Assembly (NCBI RefSeq): GCF_006345805.1
Contig: NC_043009.1
Span: 20,398,001-20,462,000, forward strand
Reading direction: 5' to 3'
DNA: 64,000 nt
Origin: Octopus sinensis
Lineage: Eukaryota
Shown here in pieces: positions 10,061 to 24,710 of this stretch (its first letter is position 1; every line of letters begins with the position of its first letter). The translations under genes were made by a program, and so were the position numbers. The notes under the pieces are model-generated. The model saw only the letters and a program-made list of their open reading frames with translations. It had not been told where the DNA came from and did no database searches.

Positions 10061-10350
10061 GGAGGCGCAATGGCCCAGTGGTTAGGGCAGCAGATTCGCG
10101 GTTGTAGGATCGCGGTTTCGATTCCCAGACCGGGCGTTGTGAGTGTTAATTGAGCGAAAACACCTAAAGCTCCATGAGGCTCCAGTAGGGGATGGTGGCG
10201 ATCCCTGCTGTACTCTTTCACCTCAACTTTCTCTCACTCTTTCTTCTGTTGGCCTGCTAGCTTAGCCAGCGGGGTGGCATCATTTGAAGGTTAAAACAAT
10301 GCGAAGCGCATTGTGACTAGCGATATGTAGCAACATCTGATGGCCTGGTC
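10061..10350 (+). mobile_element. tRNA-derived SINE (family B)
   Basis: GGAGGCGCAATGGCCCAGTGGTTAGGG (A box) and GGTTTCGATTCCC (B box-like), followed by a non-tRNA body. Confidence 0.75.
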
Positions 10351-11608
10351 GGTCACATTGATATAGATATATATGATGATGATGATATAAAAATGGCATA
10401 TTGCTAGATGGCTCAAGATATGCTTATTTCGGTTAATATTCCAATAAATATAATTATTTTTACTTTACTAAAATCCTTCAAAAGTATTGATTATTTTAAA
10501 AGTTAATTAAAACATTCAATTAATTTATTATTAATAAAGAATATGGTCAGAAAATTGTTTTGGGAATATTCTTTGATATCTACATTTAATTTTTCCCTCT
10601 GCATGTTTTTACACAGTTTACATATTATTTGCATATTATTTACATATGATTATTTGCATGCTTTTTTACCACTTTCCTTCATATTTCTTTTGCCCTGCAC
10701 CCAAATACCTTGCATCTTATGTCTGCACCTTCTGTAAAAACTGCAAATTGTGCCACATTTTATTTCAGAGACATTCCAAGACTGGTCAGGTATTGTACAC
10801 ATTAGATTAAGCAAATTTAATTAACCAAAAATAGATTATTAATATTTTTTATTAAATTTATTATTAATTATAACAATGTATAATCGTTATTTGTAAATGT
10901 ACAATTAGTATTTTTAATAAACTGATAATTAAGCTATAATTATTGTTTATAAATTTATAAATAAATCTTTATAATAAATTTATTATTAATCTAAATTTGT
11001 AATTCAATTCTATAATAGATTTATAATTAATATTTAGGCATATGATTTATAATTACGATTTTAATTTTAGTTTATAACATAAAACATTCAAGTCCCTAAA
11101 TTTGTAAATGTCTATTCAAATATGCTGTGTTTATAACATCACATATCTGAACCGAATTGGAAGCAAATACAGCAAATATAAATTAGAAGCAGGGCCAGTG
11201 TAAATATAACTGAACACAGATACTTGTTGATAAGCCACAAAAATGGCAAAATATTGATAAACATTTAAAAAACAAAGTGTTTTGAAATAACTTGCTCTAA
11301 GGAATAAACAAGTGATTATCCAATCGATACTTGAACTGAAGATAGTCTGCATCTAAATTAACGTACAGTTTTACATCAAAGAGAATCAACATAAAACTTT
11401 AAACAGTTAAAGGATATTAAAGTGAAGACCCTGAAGAAACTGCCCCTGTATTATAGTAGAGTTGCAACTGCAACAGTTACTAATCAATGCATCAGAAACA
11501 ATCATCTGTAGGTCTATTTGAGGCCGTAGATATATATATATAAGGAATTAAAGGTAATGCTCATGCTACTTTGTAATAATCCTTATTATCTGATGTATAC
11601 ATCAATAC

Positions 11609-11676
<68 letters not shown>

Positions 11677-13799
11677 GCATATTTATGCATGTATGTATGT
11701 GTGTAAAATAAATCACTATTTAAACACACACACACACACACAAATTGTAAAGTGGTGGGCATTAGGAAGGGCTTCAAGCTATAGAAACCATGCCACAGCA
11801 GACACTGGAGCTTGGTGCTATTCTTCAACTCATCAGATCCTTCGCAAGTCATTCAACCCAGCATGGAATATGGTCGTTAAATGAGGAGAATGATTACCAA
11901 CCTTTTTCTGCTCACAGTTGAATGATTTCTGTGAAATAACAGGATTTCTCATCAGTTATGACTTTATAAACCTTTGCAACCCTGTTTATTGGAAATTGCA
12001 ATGATAACCTAATGAAATATTTAGTTTTAATGAATCCAACTATGAAATAGGTTGTTGAAGACATAGTTGAAGAAATTAAAAGCCAAGAATGACAAATTGG
12101 ACCATGTTGGTTTGGTTTGGGTGAAAGATTTTTATGGCAGATCAGTTTGATCAGAGATAACATAGAACTAAAACAACAACTCAAACATTGTCTTATTTAC
12201 AGCAGAATGCCTGTTCAAAAGCTGTTCAATGATATTTGTGTAATTCTTCTATTTCCAGTTAGAAAAGCCATCAAGAGGAAGAACAAATCAGTTGATAAAA
12301 CTCCTCCAAGTACCAAAGAATTTGAAAGATTTTCCATTCATAAAAACAAAAACAAAAAAGATGGTGAGGATTCTAAATCTGCACAGTATCCATTCAAAAA
12401 AGCAAGGAAAAAATCTGTTATAAAGAGAGAAATCTCCAAAACATTTCTTCAAGATTGTCCAAAAGCAAAATATTTAAAATATTCAAATTATACATAAATT
12501 GTAAAAAAAAATTTTTCTTAAACTATAAACAGAGATGAATGCCGAGAACAATTGGAATAAAAGAAAAAATAGTTGAAATAAAATGGACAAAAGAATCAAC
12601 AATATTGTAAAGAATTCTAGTTTGTGTTTGTTAGATGAACGATTGATTATCAGAAAGTTAATTATCAGAGACTTAATTTTCAGAGAGTTAATTATCAATA
12701 ACAAACTATTTATATTTTAGTATTGTTGATTAAGTAGTAGTTTTTTTGTACAAATATCTAAATAAATTTGTCTGATTTATAGATTTGTATTTTATTTTAT
12801 TTTATTTTATTTTGTTTCATGAATTTTCTTGTTTGTGCAATTATTTTTAATATGATCAATCATACTTAAACCACTTTTTGATTAATAAATACATTTTATC
12901 AATACCCATTGATAAAATATATCAATGTTTGATGAACATATTATAAGTTTCTTTGAAATATTTCTCATTTGTCTGACTTAAATGTTTCACTTCTATGAAC
13001 CAAATATTATTTGTATACAAGCATGAGTTAGAGGAGTATAGTCGTATGTAGCCAATTGATTGGGAAGTTTGCTTCACAACAACAAGGCTCCAGGTTCGAT
13101 TCTACAATTGGGTACGAATCTTTATTCTAACCTTGAATCTACCCAAAATTTATGAGTTAAGTTGGCCAAACTTTACTGTGAACTGTAATTCAGAGGATAG
13201 GAAACCTTGTCACACATTGTATCATGTCAATTCTGCTTTGAGATTACTTTAAGGATGCAACACTCTGTGGAATATTCGGCCACTTACACAATAAACCACT
13301 GACTAGATGCTCAAGTTCAGCAAACAACTGATACTAACTGGCAATCTGTTTGGGACATATATTTATCATCTCAGGAATGGCTGTCAACTTGGCTGTCCTT
13401 CTGAAATTATTTCAAAGAAATATAAAACATTTATAGATTGAGAAAGTATTCAACTTCAAAAAAAGATTCTTATAAAAAAATGTCTGGTTAATAAAGACAA
13501 ATTATTAAATTATCCTAATTAATATTATTATTAAGCTCGTGATCTGGCTGAATCAGCAGCATGTGTGTCGTCTTTTTTTGCAGTTCTTTATGTTCTGCAT
13601 TCAGGTCTCACCGAGGTCAACTCAGCCCTTCATCTTTAAAATACCAGTAAAGTACTGCAGTCAATGTAATTGGCTTTCCTCTTTCCTCTAAAATTGCTGG
13701 CCTTGTGCCAAAATTTGAAACAATTATTATTGTTGTTAGTTTTATTATTATAAAAGAAATCTTTAATAAAAGAAATGATTATTAAAAAAATAAAAGAAA

Positions 13800-13820
13800 T
13801 CACTATCATCATCATCATCA

Positions 13821-13875
<55 letters not shown>

Positions 13876-13885
13876 CATTATTATC
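13800..13885. repeat. (ATC)n(ATT)n microsatellite
   Basis: Direct reading. Confidence 0.95.
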
Positions 13886-14349
13886 ATATAAACTGATCTT
13901 ATGCAATATTTATGGAGTACTTTTTCTGTGATAATTGTTTGAATTTTTAATAAAAAGATTTCCAAAACTGTTATTGCCATTTGTCTTTGTTGCAAGAGGC
14001 TCAAATAAGCAGACAGCTGGTATCCACACTGTATATGAAAGAGGACTGTCACATCATTAATTTATTCAATGATTCAGAGTTTGGAAGCACTGACAACTTC
14101 TATATGTTCCTGAAATATCCTGTTAGGTGTCAGATTGGGATCAGAATTCCATTGCTCATTTTCTGAGCTTTAACAACCTCTCCCCTCCTGTAGTCTGTCT
14201 GTTCTTGGTTTGATGTCTTTCGTGAAAAATCTCTCAACAGAAACTCTCTTCTTTGAGTCTTGGTTAATGCCAAAGTTCATGAAAGAGGCTTTTAAGGGTG
14301 TCTCACCATCCAATCGTGGTCAATTTTAGCTCCTTTGGTCCTTGTGTTG

Positions 14350-14533
14350 GTGGCACATAAAAAGCACCCACTACACTCTCGGAGTGGTTGGCATTAGGAA
14401 GGGCATCCAGCTGTAGAAAACTGCCAGATCAGATTGGGGCCTGGTGCAGCCTCTTGGCTTCCCAGACCCCAGTCGAACCGTCCAAACCATGCTGGCATGG
14501 AAAACAGACGTTAAACGATGATGATGATGATGA
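14350..14533 (+). mobile_element. SINE or short LINE remnant carrying the RTE 3' tail with (GAT)n end
   Basis: AAAAAGCACCCACTACACTCTCGGAGTGGTTGGC...GGACGTTAAACGATGATGATG; same tail ends the RTE at 36860-37050; further copies at about 26070-26220 (-), 48960-49100 (-) and 54420-54582 (+). Confidence 0.8.
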
Positions 14534-14924
14534 AATCTTTTCCCATTTCTCCAACCAAACCATTGTAGGCAAGATATTTCTGGATGTGTTCAGAACGCAA
14601 ACATTTGGTTTATTATAATCAATAATATTAATATGCCAACTTGTTCTTTTTATATGTACTTATTTCAAAGGAGAGAGTGAAAGAGAAAGAGAGAGAGTTG
14701 GAGAGAAAGAGAGAGTGAGAGACAGTGAGAGGTGATGGTGTTCATTTTGTTTTTAAATGTTTCAGAGAGGAAGTAAGAGAAGAAGAGAGGAAATGAGAGA
14801 GAAAAGGGAGAGGGTGAAAGAGACAGTGAGTGGTGACAGCATTTGTTTTGTGTTTTTAAATGTTTCAGAGAGGAAGTAAGAAAGAAACAGAGAAAGTGAA
14901 AAAGAAAGAGAGAGAGTGAGAGAG

Positions 14925-15720
14925 AAAGAGAGAGAGTGAAAAAGACATTGAGTGGCGACGGCATTCATTTTGTGTTTTTAAATGTTTATCACACTGCAAG
15001 AAAAGTAGATACATATATCCAAAGAAAAGTTGATACATAGATACATACGCACATTGCTAAATTAAAAGAAGTGGGAGAGAAGAGAGACACAGAGGAAGTA
15101 AGAGAGAAAGAAAGAAAGTGAGAGAAACAGTAGATACATAGCTACATAGACACAGCAAATATTGGATGTCACTTTCACTTTTCATTACCATACGAGGATA
15201 AAATTAACTCGTAAGTGGCTGAGTACTCCACAGACATGCATATCATTAACATAGTTCTGAGGGAGATTCAGCCTCACACAGAATATGACAAGGCTGGCCC
15301 CTTTGAATTACAGCTACAACACATTTTGGCCAGCTGAGTGAACTGGAGCAAGACAAACCTTTAAATGGTTGGAAGAAAATGAAAAAAAATCCTATATAGA
15401 GGCAGGAAAATCTTTTTAGTAGTTAGGGTCACTATGGGTGTTAATCCAGTTCTAACAGCGATAGTTGTGGGTCTCACAGATCTGGAGGCCGAGCACCCAG
15501 ATAAACACCGATGTGCAGGCTGTTGATATCAAACTGAGTGTGAGTCAAGGGCGAATACACAACAGAACAGCAATTATTTTGTCTTAGCTTTCACTGCTTA
15601 TACTAAACACATGATACTTTTGCCTTACAATATGGAACATTTCTTTTTCTTTCAGTCTTTTTAAAAAATGGCACTCCGTCAGTTCCTGTTTATTCAATCA
15701 ACCAAACAGCCTGCTCATTA
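14925..15720 (+). repeat. Composite about 750-bp block with an inverted paralog at 40060-40790
   Basis: Shared blocks in the same order on opposite strands, e.g. TTTCACTGCTTATACTAAACAC, AGATCTGGAGGCC, GGAAGAAAATGAAAAAAA, TTGCTAAATTAAAAGAAGTGGGAGAGAAG. Confidence 0.8.
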
Positions 15721-16448
15721 AGTAGGAATCACAGGAATCCATTTCTACCCCAACCAAGATTCTGATTTGTGTTTATCAGACAATAACCCTTTCTCCCTAC
15801 ACACATCATTACTCATTCCTAAATAAGGGCCATGCCCTATAACAATGATTCTCAATCAGGCTTCATGAGACCCCTGGGGGTCTATATAAGATTTTTGGGG
15901 GTCCACGCAAACAAAATAGTAAATTGGGGGTCCACAGAAGTAATATTAGGGTCCAGGGAAAAATGCATTTCTTGCAAGAAACAGATAAGTTTCTTTCTCT
16001 AAAGTTTTACAAAGATTAATAGGCTTCCAGCCACTGAGCATAATTTCTCAGGGAGTACTATTGCAAACCTACATGAATGCGTGAAAACAAAAGGACAATT
16101 TGGAAAGAAGTACCTATATAACTAGTTTTTAAATATCAAATGGCTAGGGAGCAGATAATATCCAGGCTATAGTGAGCAGAACCTCAGGAGTAGTTTTGGT
16201 CGAATCATCTGTGTGTCGACATGTAACTTGTTACGACAATGTAAGCTCCTGGTTGAAGTGTAGCCTGCGATATACTCCTCACCTGGATATTTTCCAAGTC
16301 CAAGGTTCCACTTGCTATGAAACATATGTAGCCCAGATATTGTCTACTAAATTCCCTAACTCTTGTATGTGTGTGTGTGTGTGTTTGAACCGATGCTAGC
16401 ATGGAAAGCAGATGTTAAACAACAATGATGATATATGTATATATATAA

Positions 16449-16678
16449 GGCGGCGAGCTGGCAGAAACGTTAGCGCGCCGGGTGAAATGCTTAGCGGTAT
16501 TTCGTCTGTTGTTACGTTCTGAGTTCAAATTCCGCCAAGGTCGACTTTCCCTTTCATCCTTTCGGGGTCGATAAATAATGTACCAGTTTCGCACTGGGTT
16601 GATGTAATCGACTTAATCCCTTTGTCTGTCCTTGTTTGTCCCCTCTATGTTTAGCCCCTTGTGGGTAGTAAAGAAATA
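16449..16678 (+). mobile_element. tRNA-headed SINE with conserved central core (family C)
   Basis: GGCGGCGAGCTGGCAGAA...GAGTTCAAATTCCG...TTTCATCCTTTCGGGGTCGATAAA; decayed copies at about 100-190, 13590, 41450-41600 (-), 50570-50770 (-) and 63190-63300. Confidence 0.75.
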
Positions 16679-16689
16679 TATATATATTT

Positions 16690-17057
16690 TCTTTTTCAGC
16701 CATTTGACTTAAGCCATGCTGGAGCACCGCCTTTAGTCAAACAAATCAACCTCACGACTTATTCTTTGTAAGCCTAGTACTTATTCCATCGGTTTCTTTT
16801 GATGAACTGCTTAGATACGGGTACGTAAACACACCAACATCGGTTGTCAAGCAACAGTGGAGGGGGTGGACAAACACAGACATACAAATATATACATATA
16901 TATATATATATATAATGGGCTTCTTTCAGTTTCCGTCTACCAAATCCACTGACAAGGCTTTGGTCAGCCCAAGGCTATAGTAGAAGACACTTGCCCAGGG
17001 TGTCACACACTGGGACTGAACCGGAACTATGTGGTTGGGAAGGAAGCTTAACCACGC
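16690..17057 (-). mobile_element. SINE family A
   Basis: Same head and tail as the other family A copies. Confidence 0.8.
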
Positions 17058-17373
17058 ATCTATGTGTGTGTGTGTATAAACAAATAAAGTAATTTTATAC
17101 AATTATTTTCGGATCTTTTCCCTTTCAACGGCAGATCGAAAAATTTTCCTAAAACAAAGTTAATTTGAATGAATTTCGCTGCTCTTTCTAGCAGTTTCAA
17201 GAAACACGTAGAATTCCAACCGTGTGACTCGGGGTTATATTTCCTGTCACATCCAACTGTAATGCATGAGTTAACTCCCTTTCAACAACACAAAACAGTT
17301 TATTTGTTACCAAGGCAACTGGTGCTCTGTCAATGAAATGTCTGCTTCAGTAATTTGTCAGGAACTTTAAATA

Positions 17374-17447
17374 ATGGCGGAGAAGAAATATGATTTACTT
17401 TTAATCGATACAACAAACAAAAACCACACAATCCAACATCAGCCATG
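17374..17447 (+). CDS. FAM47E: FAM47-family gene, exon 1 (MAEKKYDLLLIDTTNKNHTIQHQP-W)
   Basis: ataATGGcg start context; donor TG|GTaggt, phase 2, completes W with exon 2 to give QPWYKERL. Confidence 0.75.
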
Positions 17448-17884
17448 GTAGGTTGTACAATATTATTTAAATATTACGATAATAGCCCCTCCCCTCCCAA
17501 CCCCTTCGTCGCACACTTTGACAATAGGAACGAGCACTTGCTGGTGAAAGCGGTTTCATTGTGGCTCCAACCTATTATCAAAAATGATCTAGCCGTGACC
17601 ATCCGCCCTTTTTGTATGTAAAGAACATCTCCATATCCAATATGTCTTTTTGTGAAAAACGCTGAGGTATAACTAGATGGAGATTTAGAGGCTATTTGGT
17701 GCGGTCATGTATTGGTACGCCTTGTTTAGTTGAAGCATTTGTCTCTTACAAAACATGGCAGGAACAAAAATGAAGAATTTCCCATAGAACTATCAAAGAA
17801 AAAAACGTGAGCGTGAAACATTTCAACACATATATATATATATCAAGTAGGTACTGTAAATTTAGAGTGAATACTTGATAAGTG

Positions 17885-19660
<1,776 letters not shown>

Positions 19661-21537
19661 GACACGTGTGTCTCACATAAGGTACATAATGATTAATAAG
19701 CTTCAACTACTTCAGATTATAGGCTTAGTAGACGGATCCTCGCTATTTTGGTCCCTTAACCCCTCAAAGGAAGTTCTTTCGAGTAACTGTATGGATAATA
19801 TCAGCTCATCGATGTTTTCGCAACTGAGTCTGTCTTATTCCTGTCCAGCGGTTTAAACCTCCTGTCACTAACGTCATGCTGTATTAAAACCGAGCGAAAC
19901 GAAGTTTATTTAACGAGCTACTCCTTATGACGAGACACTTCTGCACCGAGTTATGCACCACTTGTACAGCATCCCATCCGCGAGGAATCGATGCACGAAG
20001 GGTCGAAATAATCGTTCTGAGCAATAAAGTTTCTCGTGTATTCCATTTTCCGTCTGTTGAGGAATTTCTGGGGTAGATCCAGCGACAATTGTGTAAATAC
20101 TGTGGATAACGTAGGTAGCCATTGGCAGTTAACATGATTCATCGGCTAACTACAAGGTACACACCCAATGCTTAAATAATTACTTATATATGCATAGGTC
20201 TGTGAGTGTCACGTAAGGCTAGAGATGGGAGCGATGACCCCCTCTAGCAAATGCTATAATGATACAGACTGTATCGAAGCCGGCTGGACAAGATGTTTTC
20301 CTGGGGTTATAACAACAGTAACATCGTCCTATATAGGACTGCCTTTACTTTATAGATATAAAGCATTACTTTATACACACATAGTTCAAATTTACAGAAG
20401 ACGAAGACAGGTGTAGGAACAATAAGCAGGTGTATTTGATGCTCCAAAAGAAAGGAAAAGTCTTTGATGTTTTGAGCCTACACTCTTCAACAGATATATA
20501 CACACACACACGTAAACATATATACATTCTGTGTGTGTGTGTGTGAAAGAGAGGAGGAAAAGAAAATACATTTTTTTCCATCAAATATAATTCTTATTTT
20601 AAATAAAGTGCAAAAGATCAATAAATAGTTTCTAGGGTTCATTCCCCACCACCACCACTACCTGGTCCTGGAGAGTCTTTATTTGGGTCCACTCTGTTAT
20701 AAATATTTGGGCCAAATTATCTCCAGTCTGAGAAAAACTCAATATCTTAATGTTCTGTCCCCTATTCTACTGAACTCCACCCCAATTGGAATTTCTTCCC
20801 CTCCCATATCCTTCCCCCTTGTCTACCCTCTTCTAGTAATGGTCTCAAAGGCCCTGAATATATTATGAACTCAGACCCTTTCTCCTCTTCTAAGGGCCAT
20901 TAAGAAACTATTTTTAAAAATTTAGACTTCAAGAGAATAAAGAGTTGAAGCTGGAAATAAGATGTAACTTAACTGTTGGATTATCAGGAAATGTTAACTG
21001 TGAGAGACTGGCATCTTATAGACTGATTCCATCATAGGCCAGTGGAACCTGCTTCTAGTCCCCACATCGTCCTATACTATCATCTCAGTTGAGTTTTTTC
21101 GTTGAAAAGATGTGGGCACTGACCAGGATTTAAAAAAAACATCAAACAAAAGTGACAACAGGAAGTGAATTCCTTGAGAGCCAGCCACACCTCTGTTCTA
21201 TGGAGGAAATGGTTCCACTAGGACTGAAACATTTCAATGGAAGTTACACCAAGACTGAATTTTATAATAGACCTGTTGAAAGCCCAGCGTCAAGAGGGGC
21301 AGAGGGTTGGTAAAATATCTAAGTCTCTTGCAACAGCCAAAATGGTTGAGGATCTTGTCCTGGTGGGTGATTTAGATATTGAAGATAAGCAGGTAAGGGA
21401 TTAATCAAGCCTTAATCAGCTTACTAATCTATAACAGGAGTTCATTGCATTGATAAACAAATGTTTGAATAGTTGACATCCATTTGAAATATTTCTGATT
21501 AAATATCTTTGGTCTCTACCATTTTCTGTATTTGCAG

Positions 21538-21694
21538 GTACAAAGAAAGACTTAAAACCAAATATCTGAAGCCCCTTAAATCAAAAATTCCATCAAAATC
21601 TTTAATTTGGAAAAATAAGTTTCTATTGAAAAATGAACTGGATGATATCCAAGATGGTTTACCCCTCATAACTGATGGATCATTCCTTAGTCAA
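21538..21694 (+). CDS. FAM47E: FAM47-family gene, exon 2
   Basis: tttgcAG acceptor; YKERLKTKYLK...KNELDDIQDGLP (FAM47 LDDFRxGxP motif); donor caa|GTattt. Confidence 0.8.
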
Positions 21695-21996
21695 GTATTT
21701 CACTCTATTTTCAATATTATTTTTAGTTTAGAAAAAATACAAGAATGTGGGGTTTTTTTTACATTAAAAACTCTTTTAATTAGAAGAAATGAGTGAGGTT
21801 AATTAGTTTTATCCATTCTATTTTTTTAATCTTCTGAAAGACAAAATTCATCAAGAAGCACACCAGTACCAAAATTTTACTTTGAACATAGGGGGGCTGC
21901 TGTTAAACAACTCTACACACATTTAGAATTTTATCCTTATTTTATATATTTTTTAACATTACTTATTCTGATCTTTCCCATTCTTTATTATTCTAG

Positions 21997-22182
21997 CCAA
22001 AGAATTTTGCAAAACTAAAAGAAGTACCAAAATATCAATGCTTTACCAAAGAACAAATCTGTTACTCCAAGAAATTCCCCCTTGCTGAAGAAAGATGGAA
22101 TAAGCTTCAGCTGTTAGAGTACACCTTACTGCAGCACCCATTAGCTTTGTTCCCACACCTGGAATTGTGTGTGGACAAGAAG
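21997..22182 (+). CDS. FAM47E: FAM47-family gene, exon 3
   Basis: ttctAG...aag|GTaaat, 62 codons: CFTKEQICYSK...LLQHPLALFPHLE (FAM47 HPLALYPxLE motif). Confidence 0.9.
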
Positions 22183-22687
22183 GTAAATATCATGGTTTGT
22201 CTAAATTTCTTCAGAAAACATTCAGAGAATTATTTAATCAAGACTTCAAGCATTCCATCTCACCTGTGAACCATGTCAACATGGCTGTGGTTCATGCCAT
22301 TATGGAGATCCCCATATCAGTGTGACTGTCTCCATCTCAACATGGTTGTCCCTTTGTATGTTTAGCTGTGGTCCATCTCAACATGGCAGCACATATCAAG
22401 AAAATATTACTGCAACCACCCTAATATGAACATTGCACAGCTAAAACAGTCCAGGTTGCGACATATGTAAGGTCCCAACATTACAGGAGACCTTTCCTGG
22501 CAAATGCACGGACACAACACAGAAAAGACTCCATCACAAACACTGCTTCATCTTTTCAGAACCAGAAAATTCTTTAATAACCCCACTCACTCTCAACAAC
22601 ACTAACACACACTTCACTACAAACATCAGAGGAGACCTGCAATGGAAATATGTGTGTGTGTATGCACACACACACACACATATATAT

Positions 22688-23071
22688 TCTTTTATTTGCT
22701 TCACTCATTTGACTGCAGCCATGCTGTAGCACCGCCTCTAGTCAAACAAATCAACCTCACAACTTATTCTTTAGAAGCCTAGTACTTACCTTATCGGTCT
22801 CTTTTGCCAAACTGTTAAGTTACAGGAACATAAACACATCAACATCGGTTGTCAAGTGTTGGTGGGGGGACAAACACATACACACACAGGCACACACACA
22901 CACACACATATATATATGATGGGCTTCTTTCAGTTTCCATCTACCAAATCCACTCACAAGGCTTTGGTCGACCTGAGGCTATAGTAGAAGAAATTTGCCC
23001 AAGATGCCATGCAGTGGGACTGAACCCAGAACCATATGGTTGTTAAGCAACCTACTTACCACACAGCCATG
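22688..23071 (-). mobile_element. SINE family A
   Basis: Same head and tail as the other family A copies. Confidence 0.8.
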
Positions 23072-23072
23072 C

Positions 23073-23147
<75 letters not shown>

Positions 23148-23178
23148 TTACTTGGAAGAGGATGTGTGGCGTTTCGTC

Positions 23179-23686
23179 ATATAATAACAAAATAATAAAT
23201 AAAACATATGCATATATACATACATATATGTACGTACCTACATCTATATGTATATATACATGCATATATAGGTACAGGACACCAAAAAAACGTTGAACAC
23301 AATGAGAAACGAAAACATAAAAACAGAACCATGGAAACGGACATTTTTTTAAACAACGAAAAAACAGGGTACAAGACATACAAGGAAAATTCCCCTTCTT
23401 CAGCCACCTCTGTTTCATCTACTCTGCGTAATGTGGAGTAGACAAAACGGAGGTGGCTGAAGAAGGGGAATTTTCCTTGTGTCGTATGTCTTGTACCCTG
23501 TTTTTACATTGTTTAAAAAAATGTCCGTTTCCATGGTTCTGTTTTTATGTTTTCGTTTCTCATTGTGTTCAACGTTTTTTTGGTGTCCTGTACCTATATA
23601 TGCATGTATATATACATATAGATGTAGGTACGTACATATATGTATGTATATATGCATATGTTTTATTTATTATTTTGTTATTATAT
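23179..23686. repeat. About 250-bp-arm palindrome with a 1-nt spacer, centred on 23430
   Basis: Arms are reverse complements apart from a 5-nt indel and mostly CpG transitions; mirrored ORFs at 23208-23441 (+) and 23415-23657 (-). Confidence 0.93.
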
Positions 23687-24679
23687 ATATATATACATAC
23701 ACACACACACACACATATAAAAACTTTCTGTTAACAAAAGTTGAGATGTGTGGCATTCAGTTATTCCATAAATGAAAAATGCATTAAATACTACAAAATG
23801 TACACATAGGTCAGACACAGACAGACCCTAATCCTTCTTCAGTTATTGACCATATATTATCATCATCATCATTGTTGTTTAACGTCCGCTTTCCATGCTG
23901 GCATGGGTTGCATGGTTTGATTGAGGGCTGGCAAGCCAGAAATCTGCACCAGGCATACATACATATTTCATTTTCCATTGTTTACTTTCTGCAAAGCTAA
24001 ATGAAAACAAATATGGAGGGTTGTTAGACCAGAATGAGAGGAAAATTAGTGAATGCTGGGAGAAATATTTTCTTTGAAAAGGGAACAGTTAGAAGAGAGA
24101 GAGAAAAAATGTCCAGTCCTTTGAACGTCCATGCAGGAAAAGTAAGATGGTGATGTGAGGAAAGGAAAGATGGACGATGGTTTCCTTTTGTGTCTCTACT
24201 GTTGCTTTGTTTCCCATTTTGATCCTCCATAAATCCTAAATTTTATTTTAGAATTTATGGGAGCAATTGTCTTTGAAGACTCATATTGTCATTAAATGCT
24301 TGAAATGAGGAATTGATAGACAGCCGACAACTGATGAAGGGTTGTTTTGCTGTATTGTTTTCCATATTTTTCTCTCGTCGTTTACGTATTTAACTCATTG
24401 TCTACGTATTTCATGTTGTTTACACAGTTAGTGATGTCCTTTACCAATATATGCATATATATATATATATGTGTGTGTGTGTATGTATATATATACACAC
24501 ATACATATATATATTATTTATTATTATTATTATTTAATTGAACGCCATGCATCCATTTCCAAGTAAATTTATCTTCACCTTTTTGATGTGACTATATACT
24601 GTTTTCTTCCTCCATCCTTCTCTAATTCTCTTTTTCTCCCCCTCCCTCTTTCACCGTTTTCTCTCTCTCTCTCTCTCCC

Positions 24680-24710
<31 letters not shown>

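Noticed and set aside
10061-10140. tRNA gene
   Set aside because: tRNA-like head without a complete cloverleaf, continuing into a SINE body.
11131-12184. Hydrophobic minus-strand ORFs 11131-11352 and 11912-12184 as a membrane-protein gene
   Set aside because: No recognisable family and no consistent splice chain; T-rich DNA gives such peptides.
19925-20122. TPEIPQQTENGIHEK as a retroviral integrase TPxxPQxNGxxER motif
   Set aside because: Spacing is off by two residues and no other integrase or LTR features are nearby.
20425-20495. Minus-strand CTGTTGAAGAG-TGTAGG-CTC-AAAACATC as a hammerhead
   Set aside because: Both core halves are mutated and stems I and III do not form convincingly.
21342-21392. 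MVEDLVLVGDLDIEDKQ with a strong donor as FAM47 exon 1
   Set aside because: Phase 0 is incompatible with exon 2 (phase 2); 17374-17447 fits and restores QPWYKERL.
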